A stretch of 64,000 nt of DNA from an uncultured Verrucomicrobiae bacterium. GTDB taxonomy: Bacteria; Verrucomicrobiota; Verrucomicrobiia; Chthoniobacterales; Chthoniobacteraceae. The notes beneath the pieces are model-generated. The model saw nothing but the letters and a program-made list of their open reading frames with translations. It was not told where the DNA came from and did no database searches. This document shows positions 56,001-64,000 of the stretch, in pieces. The position numbers and the translations under genes are program-made. The stretch is taken from NCBI GenBank assembly GCA_963769025.1, contig CAVYKI010000009.1:768001-832000 (forward strand). Direction: 5' to 3'. Every line of letters starts with the position of its first letter. Position 1 is the stretch's first letter.

Positions 56001-57952
56001 ATCGTTTCGAATTGGAGTACCCGTGCCATTCCCCGACAGAACACCGCTGGTTCCTGATGATCGCCACACCGCTCTTCGGCACAGAGGGAGCCGTGCTGGC
56101 CCATGAAGACATCACCGCCCGCAAGCTGGCGGAGGACGCGCTGCACGAGGCCGATGCCCGGCTGCGACTTTCCGTCGCCGCTTCGAACATCGGGCTGTGG
56201 GACTGGAACATCGCGGCGGGCGAGATCTATTTTTCACGCGAGTGGAAGGGCCAGCTCGGTTACGCGGATGACGAGTTGCCGAACCGCTTCGGCGAATGGG
56301 AGAGCCGGGTCCATCCCGACGATTTCGCGGCGGTGCAGTCAAAGCTTCAGCGGTTCCTCCAAGACCCCGCGGGCAGCTACGCGACCGAATTCCGCCTGCG
56401 CCACAGGGACGGCTCGTATCGCTGGATTTACACCCAGGCGCAGCTCTTCCACGACGGGGCGGGCAAGCCGTTGCGCATGCTCGGGTGCCATGTGGACGTC
56501 ACCGAGCGCAAGCAGGCGGAGGAGTCGCTGCGTGAGAGCGAAGATCGCTACCGCAAGATCTTCGAAGAAGGACCGCTGGGCATCGCGATGGGGAGCCTGA
56601 GCGATGGCCGTCTGCTCCGGGCAAACCGGGCGGCGTGCGAGATGCTGGGCTATTCGGAGGACGAATTGAAGCGGCTCACGTTCGAGGACGTCACCCATCC
56701 GGAGCATCGTGCGGCGGATCGGGAGGCGGTGGCGTTGCTGCGGGAGGGCAGGATTTCGAGCAGCTCCGCGGAAAAGCGATACGTGAAGAAAAACGGCGAG
56801 GTGATCTGGGCTGCCCGGGCGCTCACGAAGATCCTCGGCGCCGACGGAAAGACCTTTTACGCGCTGGCGATGATCCAGGACATCACCAATCGCAAGCTGG
56901 CCGAAGCAGCGCTGCGGGAGCGCGACGAGCGGCTGCGCGCGGCAATGGCGGCATCCGGCACCGGGACATTTCGGTGGGATCTCCGCACCAATGACGTGAA
57001 CTGTGACGAGGCGCTGGACCGTCTGCTGGGCCTGTCGCGGAAGGACACGATCCGCTCGCTGGCAGGCTTTTCCGCCGTGGTGCACGCCGATGATCGCCAA
57101 GGCGTGATCGAGCAATTGCGGGGGTGCGCTGAGGACGGGGCGGATTTCGAGATGGAATACCGCGTCCGCTGGCCGAATGGCACCGACCATTGGCTGGACG
57201 CCCGGGGAAAGACGACGTCCGACATTGCCGGCAAACCGCTCTACATGACGGGCGCCTGCGTGGACATCACCGATCGGAAGCGGGACGAGGCCGCGCTGCA
57301 CGATCTCGCCCGGCGGCTGCTGCGGGCCGAGGACGCGGAACGGCGGCGCATCGCAAAGGAGTTGCACGATTCCACCGCCCAGGATCTCGTCGCGGTGATG
57401 ATGAATCTCGGCACGCTGCGCGACACGCTCACATCGCCCGACTTGAAGCGCGTGCAGATGCTCGATGACATCATCGCACTCGTCGAAAATTCCGCGAACG
57501 ACATCCGCACGCTCTCATACGTCCTGCATCCGCCGCGCCTCGAGGAAATGGGTCTGCCCGGCGCCCTGACCGAGTACGCCGCGGGCCTCGGGCGGCGGGC
57601 GGACATCCGCATCCGAGTCGATGCCGCGAAGGATTTCGGCCGGCTGCCCGAGGAACTGGAGCTCGTCCTTTTCCGCGTGGCGCAGGAGAGCCTCGTGAAT
57701 GCCGTCCGCCACTCGCACAGTGACGCGGCCACGATCCGCCTCGCGAGGACGGATTGGCGGGCCATGATCGAGATCGAGGATTTCGGATGCGGGATGCCGC
57801 CGGACGATGCGGCACAACCCGGCGCCTACGGCGTGGGAATCATCGGAATGCGGGAGCGTGTGCAGCATCTCGGCGGCGAGCTGGAGGTGGAGTCGGATGC
57901 CGGGGGAACGATCGTCCGCGCCATGCTTCCGTTGAAAAGGGAAAGACCATGA
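53079..57952 (+). CDS. Giant sensor kinase MASE1-PAS-PAS-GAF-5xPAS-HisKA_3-HATPase (frameshift near 55545)
   Basis: MASE1 (VWPPSG, WWLGD), repeated PAS/PAC ends DIT.RK, GAF (GSCGTAA, ACWSTPI), ERRRIAKELHDST, QESLVNA, D.G.G. Confidence 0.88.
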
Positions 57953-58605
57953 AGCCTTTGAAAATCCTCATTGCCGACGATCACGAACTCATCCGCGTAG
58001 GGCTCCGTGCGCGGCTCGAAAAGCAGGAGAACTGGAAAGTCTGCGGCGAGGCCGTGAACGGACGTCAGGCCGTGGAGATGGCGCTGGCGATGAAGCCGGA
58101 CGTAATCGTGCTGGACGTGAGCATGCCCGATCTGAATGGCGTCGAGGCCGCGCGGCAGATTTGCAAGGCGTGGCCAAAGGCGGAGGTCCTCATCCTCACG
58201 ATGCTGGAATCCGAGGGGCTTGTGCGGGACGTGCTGGCCGCTGGCGCGCGCGGCTTCATCCTAAAGACGGACACCGCCCGGCTTCTCATCCCCGCCGTGG
58301 AATCGCTCGCGAAACACGAGCCGTTCTTCACCGGGAAGGTCTCGGAGCTGGTCCTCGGAGCCTTCCTCGATCCCACCCGCGGAGCACGGGCCGGCACGGC
58401 CGAGGGAGGGCGCCTCAGTGCGAGGGAGCGGGAGATCACGCAGTTGCTCGCGGAGGCGCGGACGAACAAGGAGATCGCCGCGAAGCTCGGAGTGAGTGTG
58501 AAGACCGTCGATGCCCACCGTGCGAACATCATGCGCAAGCTGAACCTCCGTTCCGTGACGGAGCTCGTGCGCTACGCGATCCGCGAGAAGCTCATCGAGC
58601 CGTAA
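57949..58605 (+). CDS. NarL/LuxR-family response regulator
   Basis: IADDH, LDVSMP, GFILK, HTH LSAREREI...SVKTVDAHRANIMRKL. ATGA overlap with the kinase. Confidence 0.95.
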   Translation: MKPLKILIADDHELIRVGLRARLEKQENWKVCGEAVNGRQAVEMALAMKPDVIVLDVSMPDLNGVEAARQICKAWPKAEVLILTMLESEGLVRDVLAAGARGFILKTDTARLLIPAVESLAKHEPFFTGKVSELVLGAFLDPTRGARAGTAEGGRLSAREREITQLLAEARTNKEIAAKLGVSVKTVDAHRANIMRKLNLRSVTELVRYAIREKLIEP

Positions 58606-58625
58606 GGAGCGGATACCAAACCGGG

Positions 58626-58643
58626 CTAGGAGAAACACCCTAG
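58626..58643. promoter_or_regulatory. Inverted repeat, candidate NarL/LuxR-type operator
   Basis: CTAGG-AGAAACAC-CCTAG between the regulator stop codon and the PUR gene. Confidence 0.4.
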
Positions 58644-58715
58644 GCGGCTCTCCCTGCCGCGATTAGGGGATCGCTCGATTATCATTTCATCAGGGAGTGG
58701 CGACCTTGCGGAGCC

Positions 58716-58937
58716 ATGAATGAAAACCTGCCTCTCAACGAACCCCTCGCCAGCGAAAAAATCACCATCGACCGGAAGGTATTCTTCCTCGACCTGAAGG
58801 AGAATGCCCGCGGCCGATTCATCAAGATCACCGAAGACGTCGGTGGCCGGCGCGACACCATCATGCTCCCAAACGGCGCATTTCGGGACTTCCTCGAAGC
58901 GCTCGCCCGGATCGTTGATTTCGAAAGCAAACTCTAG
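58716..58937 (+). CDS. PUR-domain (PurA/DUF3276, BpuR-like) single-stranded nucleic-acid-binding protein
   Basis: SEKITIDRKVFFLDLKENARGRFIKITE...R.TI.LP...F..AL corresponds to one PUR repeat. Confidence 0.88.
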   Translation: MNENLPLNEPLASEKITIDRKVFFLDLKENARGRFIKITEDVGGRRDTIMLPNGAFRDFLEALARIVDFESKL

Positions 58938-58951
58938 CCCCGCGCCGAGGT

Positions 58952-60989
58952 ATGAACGCTCGCGACGCAAACCAGATGGAGTCCTGGAACTTCTCGGAAT
59001 CCATCGACGCCCCACGAAGCGCGATGGCTGCCCATAACCCGCGCCCCGGTTCCAGACGCGTATTGGAAGCGGGTGATGAACCGCACATCCTCGTGATCGA
59101 GGACTCCGTGATCCGCGCAAAGGCACTCGCCCGTCAGCTCAAACGCCAAGGACTGGTCTTCCGGTCGCAGCGCGTGGACACGCCGGAAGCGCTTCGTGCC
59201 AGCCTTCTGAATTCCGTTCCTGATCTCGTCCTTTCCGCGCTCACGATGTCGTCCTTCGACGGCCTCGATGGCCTCAAAATCACGCGGGAAGTGTGTCCGG
59301 ATGTTCCCTTCGTCTTTTTTTCCGGCACGATCACCGAACAGCGCGCGGTGGAATTGCTCCAGGCAGGCGCGACGGATTGCGTGCGAAAGCCGGACCTCGG
59401 CCGCATCGCCCTCATCGTGGAGCGGGCGTTGCGCGACGCGGATACGCAGGCGGCGCGGCGACAGACCGAGGAGCAGCTCCGGAAACTCTCCAGCGCCGTG
59501 GAGCACAGCCCGGTCTCGATCATCATCACCGACACCGGCGGGATGATCGAATACGTCAACCCGAAGTTCGTGGAGGTGAGCGGCTACAGCGCCGAGGAAG
59601 TGTGCGGGCAGAACACGCGCATCATCCAGTCCGAGGCTACCGCGCCTGCGGTTTACGAGGAAATGTGGCGCACGGTCCGCGCCGGCGGCGAGTGGCACGG
59701 GGAAATTCACAACCAGCGCAAGAACGGCGAGCTGTACCTGGGAACTGGCCTCGATCTCGGGCATCCGCGACGGCTCGGGGACGATCACCCATTTCGTGGC
59801 GGTGAAAGAGGACATCACCGGGCGGAAGCAACTCGAGGAACACCTGCGCCGCGCACAGCGCCTCGAAAGCATCGGCACGCTGGCCAGCGGCCTGGTGCAT
59901 GATCTCAACAACATCCTCGCACCGATCCTGATGTCGCTACCGCTGCTCGAGGAGGCGCTCGCCGGCACGTCCGCAGCGTCCGTGGTTTCCGTCGTCTCGC
60001 AGTGCGCCGAGCGCGGGGCGGGCATCGTCAGGCAGGTGCTCACCCTCGCGAGCGGCATGGAAGGCGGGCACATGCACGTCCAGGTGAGCCATCTCCTCAG
60101 CGAGGTCGTGAAAATCATGACCGAGACATTCCCCCGCTCGATCACCGTCCGGAGCAATGTGCCGGGCGATCTTTGGCCGGTGAATGCAGATGCCACGCAA
60201 CTCCACCAGATGCTGCTCAACCTCTGCGTGAACGCCCGCGACGCCATCTCTGAACGCGGAACGCTGACGCTCGATGCGGGCAACATCGAGGTCGACGAAA
60301 GCTACGCCGCGATGAACCGGGACACGAAGCCGGGACCGTACATCGTGATCACCGTCTCGGACACCGGCGATGGCATCCCCGCGGAAATCATGGGGAAGAT
60401 TTTCGACCCGTTTTTCACCACGAAGGAAACCGGCAAGGGCTCGGGCCTCGGCCTCGCGGCGGTGCGCGGCATCGTGAAAGGCCACGGCGGCTTCCTCACG
60501 GTCACGAGCAAACGGGGCGCCGGCTCCACGTTCAAGGCCTACCTTCCGGCCGCTCCAAAGGCACTCCCGGAGCCTGCGCACACAGTCCAGGCACCGCGGG
60601 GAAATGGCGAACTGATCCTGCTGGTGGATGACGAGGCGTGCATCCTCGCGATCGCCGAGGACGTCCTGCAGACGCAGGGTTACCGCGTGCTCGTCGCAGC
60701 AGACGGAGTCGATGCGCTCAGCGCCTTTGCCAGGCACAAGAACGAAATCGCTGCCGTGATCACCGACATCGACATGCCGTTCATGGATGGCATCGCGCTC
60801 ACCGCTGCACTCCGCAAGATGAGCCCCGCACTTCGAGTCATCGTCTCGACCGGCGACGCCGACATGCCGGAACTCCCGGGCCTGAATGTGAACGCCATCC
60901 TGACCAAACCCTACGCCTCAGCCACCATGCTGCGCGCGCTTCACACGGCGCTCAGCGATCCCGCGCCCCCCGGGGCTGCCGCCGTATGA
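58952..60989 (+). CDS. Hybrid histidine kinase REC-PAS-HisKA-HATPase-REC (frameshift near 59740)
   Basis: N-terminal receiver, PAS YVNPKF...W.GE, AQRLESIGTLASGLVHDLNN, NLCVNARDA, DPFFTTK, C-terminal receiver TDIDMP. Confidence 0.88.
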
Positions 60990-61459
60990 AACGCACCAAC
61001 ATTCTGCTCGCCGCTGACCGTGACCTCATCCGGCGGAGCCTGCACGATCCCCTCGCCTCCGAGGGCGGCTGGCATATCTGCGGTGAAAGCAGCACCGGCC
61101 CGGAGGCGGTGAAAATGGCGGCAAAGTTCCATCCCGAAATCGTCGTGCTCGATGCGGAATTGCCGGGACTCGGCGGAGTGGAAGCCGCCGCGCAGATCAA
61201 GGCGGCACGCCCCGAGACCGAAGTCCTCATCCTCACCGACGACGAAAACGACGCCCTCATCCGGCAAGTCCTATCCATCGGCGCGCGGGGCTATCTGCTG
61301 AAGGACGAAGCCGGCGAAAAGATCCTCCCGGCGCTGAAGGCGCTCTGCAAGCACAGGCAATATCTCCGCTCGCCCGCCGCGCGGGTGGCGTTCGAAAATT
61401 ACCTCAAGGCTGAAATGGTGAAGGCCGGGCCGACACCCCGCAGATCCATTCCGCGATAG
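60986..61459 (+). CDS. NarL-type receiver-only response regulator (no HTH)
   Basis: [21 protein letters not shown]. Ends before any HTH domain. Confidence 0.75.
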   Translation: MKRTNILLAADRDLIRRSLHDPLASEGGWHICGESSTGPEAVKMAAKFHPEIVVLDAELPGLGGVEAAAQIKAARPETEVLILTDDENDALIRQVLSIGARGYLLKDEAGEKILPALKALCKHRQYLRSPAARVAFENYLKAEMVKAGPTPRRSIPR

Positions 61460-61595
61460 CGGACACACTCGCGCACATGTTCTTCCCCCTGCTGCCCGCC
61501 GAAACCGCGAAGCACTCCGTGGACGAGCGCAGCGCTTCTTTCCCGAAAAGGTCGCGCTGCGGCTGCCGCAAGTTCCGTCCCGGGTCGGCCAATGC

Positions 61596-63065
61596 TCACG
61601 CGAGAATCGCCTTCACCACCTTCGAAGATTCGACGCCGGTCAGACGCTGGTCGAGGCCCTGGAATTTGTAGGTGAACCGGTCGTGGTCGATGCCCATGCA
61701 GTGGAGGATCGTCGCGTTGAGATCGTTCAGGTGGACCGGATTTTCGACGATGTTGTAGCTGAAGTCGTCGGTCTCGCCGTAGATGGTGCCGCCTTTGATG
61801 CCGCCGCCGGCCATGAACATGCGAGAAGCATTTCGGGTGATGGTCGCGGCCGTAGTTGTCGGCGGTGAGCTTGCCCTGCGAATAGACGGTGCGGCCGAAT
61901 TCGCCGCCCCAGACGACGAGCGTGTCGATCGAGCAGGCCGCGCTGCTTGAGGTCCTGGATGAGCGCGGCGACGGGCTGGTCGATGTCGCTGCACTGGGCG
62001 CGGATTTCGGCGGGCAGATTGCCGTGCTGGTCCCAGCCGCGGTGGAGGATCTGCACGACGCGGACGCCGCGCTCGACGAGCCGGCGCGCGAGCAGCGCGC
62101 TCGCGGCAAACGTGCCGGACTTTTTCACCTCCGGCCCGTAGAGGTCGAGGACGCTCTGCGGCTCGCTCGCGGATGTCCACGAGTTCCGGGACGCTGGTCT
62201 GCATGCGGAAGGCCATCTCGTATTGCGCGATGCGCGTCTGGATTTCCGGGTCGCCGATGCGCTCGAAGCCGCGCTGGTTCAGCTTGGCGAGCGCGTCGAG
62301 CATCGTGCGGCGCGTCGCCGCTGGCGACGCCGTCGGGATTCTGGATGTAGAGGACCGGATCGCCCGTGCTGCGGAGCGCGACGCCGGTGTAGCGGCCGGG
62401 CAGGAAGCCGCTGTTCCACATGCGCGTGAAGAGCGCCTGCGCGTTCGCCTTTGCCGACCAGGTCGGGCGTGAGGACGACGAATGCGGGCAGGTCGTTGTT
62501 CTCGCTGCCGAGGCCGTACGCGAGCCACGAGCCGAGGCTCGCCTTGCCGGGCACTTCGCTGCCGGTCATCACGAAGGTGCAGGCCGGGTCGTGGTTGATG
62601 GCGTTCGTGTGGACGGTCTTGATGAGCGCGATGTCGTCCACGACTTTCGCCGTGTGCGGGAGCAGTTCGCTCACCCAGCGTCCGCATTTGTCCGTGTTGG
62701 GCAAAATTGAACATGATCGGCGCGACGGGAAGCCGCGCCTGGCCGCTGGTCATCGTGGTGATGCGCTGGCCCTGGCGGATCGAGTCCGGGCAGATCCTTG
62801 TCGAATTGCTCCTTCAGCCCGCGGCTTGTAGTCCCACAGGTCGAGCTGCGAAGGCGCGCCGTTCATGTGGAGGTAGATGAGGGATTTCGCCTTCGGCGCA
62901 AAGTTCGGGAAGCCCGGCAACGGCGGATGCACGCGGCTGCCCACGGCGGCTTGCGCGCGATCGCCCATCAGGCACGCGAGCGCGAGCCCGCCAAAGCGGA
63001 GGCCGGCGTGTGCCGAAAAACTGGCGGCGTGTCTGGAGGAGTTGGGATTCAAAGAGGGGGTCCAT
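61596..63065 (-). CDS. DUF1501 family protein, second copy (multiple frameshifts)
   Basis: [78 protein letters not shown]. Confidence 0.87.
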
Positions 63066-63186
63066 GAGGCTGTGGAGATTGAGAGCGGCAGATTCGCACA
63101 GATTGACCCGGAGGGAAACCCTGCCTGAGGGAAATTCGCGCGCCCCGCACGACTGAAATCGAGCGCAGACAGAAGCCGGCTTTGTC

Positions 63187-63290
63187 AACGCGGAGACGCG
63201 GAGACGCAGAGGAGAAGTGAATGGCGCGTGGACGCAACTCGGCATCGGCTCCGTCCTCCCATGCCGCTTCTTCTCCGCGTCTCTGCGTTT
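63187..63290. repeat. Palindrome of octamer tandem repeats
   Basis: ACGCGGAG ACGCGGAG ACGCAGAG GAGAAG ... CTTCTCCGCGT CTCTGCGTT. Confidence 0.75.
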
Positions 63291-63367
63291 CCATATGAGC
63301 GCGGGAGCCGGTTTGGCGCCATCGCCCGGCGCGCAGCGAACGAATCCGGACCGCAGGGAGAATCCGG

Positions 63368-63395
63368 TTGCCTTTCCAAGATCGACACCTAGAGT
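63368..63395 (+). promoter_or_regulatory. Sigma70-like promoter of prs
   Basis: TTGCCT-16 nt-TAGAGT, 17 nt before the ATG. Confidence 0.5.
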
Positions 63396-63412
63396 CCCGC
63401 CCCTTTCTCCGG

Positions 63413-64000
63413 ATGTTTTACCGACCGCCAACAGAGCTGAAAATCTTCAGTGGCTCCGCGCACAATGTGCTCGCGCAGCGCATCGCGGACTATTGCAAGA
63501 TCAAGCTCGGCAACGCGACGGTCGCGTCTTTCCCCGACGGCGAGACGATGGTGAAGATCAACGAGAACATCCGCGGACGCGACGTGTTCATCGTCCAGCC
63601 GACCTGCCCGCCGACGAACCAGAACCTGATGGAGCTGCTCATCATGGTGGACGCGGCCCGGCGTGCGAGCGCGGCGCGCATCACGGCAGTGCTGCCGTTT
63701 TTCGGATATGCCCGGCAGGATCGAAAGGATCAGCCGCGCGTGCCCATCACCGCGAAGCTCGTCGCGAATCTCCTCGTGGCGTCCGGCGTGAACCGCGTGC
63801 TCACCGTGGACCTCCACGCTCAGCAGGTCGCAGGGTTCTTCGACATCCCGGTGGATCACCTTTTCGCCGCGCCGGTCATCCTCCAGTATCTCAAATCGAA
63901 AAACCTGAACGACCCGGTCGTCGTCTCTCCGGATGTCGGCGGATTGAAGATGGCGAACGCCTACGCGCAGGCGCTCGACACGAGCCTCGCCATCGTCGCG
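63413..64000 (+). CDS. prs: Ribose-phosphate pyrophosphokinase, 3' partial
   Basis: Read manually: LKIFSG, FPDGE, ENIRGRDVFIVQPT, GYARQDRK, DLHAQQ, VSPDVGG. Confidence 0.96.
   Translation, partial: MFYRPPTELKIFSGSAHNVLAQRIADYCKIKLGNATVASFPDGETMVKINENIRGRDVFIVQPTCPPTNQNLMELLIMVDAARRASAARITAVLPFFGYARQDRKDQPRVPITAKLVANLLVASGVNRVLTVDLHAQQVAGFFDIPVDHLFAAPVILQYLKSKNLNDPVVVSPDVGGLKMANAYAQALDTSLAIVA

Noticed and set aside
61477..61671. 64-aa ORF after the receiver gene as its missing HTH
   Set aside because: No LuxR HTH motif, and it overlaps the end of the DUF1501 gene.
63066..63412. tRNA-Gln, often found upstream of prs
   Set aside because: No T-loop GTTCRA in a cloverleaf context and no CCA end seen.

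Overview
High-GC bacterial chromosomal segment. The gene content (two DUF1501 genes, a PVC-type heme-binding CxxCH dehydrogenase, a planctomycete cytochrome c-WD40 protein, a long-form GreA, a squalene-cyclase-repeat/DUF4175-like pair) points to Verrucomicrobiota, probably Chthoniobacterales; this is inference. There are about 48 genes: housekeeping (dusB plus a second Dus, speA, lipA, rlmN, nagA, a Fur-family gene, greA, partial prs, a standalone 5'-3' exonuclease), sulfatase/carbohydrate/redox genes, a CpxRA-like two-component pair, a large MASE1-PAS-GAF signalling cluster containing a PUR-domain gene, a RelE/ParE toxin-antitoxin pair and one complete IS5-family (IS1031 group) element. About 12 genes, including lipA and rlmN, carry frameshifts that look like long-read indel errors. 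I found no tRNA, rRNA, CRISPR array or reverse transcriptase. The most notable signals are: (i) a shared TTTAC-type direct-repeat box upstream of both the CpxR-like regulator and a secreted EF-hand/Pro-Arg repeat protein, a candidate envelope-stress regulon; (ii) a standalone flap endonuclease ending in a beta-clamp-like QGELF motif; (iii) palindromes built from 7- and 8-mer tandem repeats, plus GTAG REP elements; (iv) a recurring leaderless-promoter pattern; (v) a PUR-protein gene behind a CTAGG-N8-CCTAG inverted repeat. All product calls come from motif recognition, not database searches.
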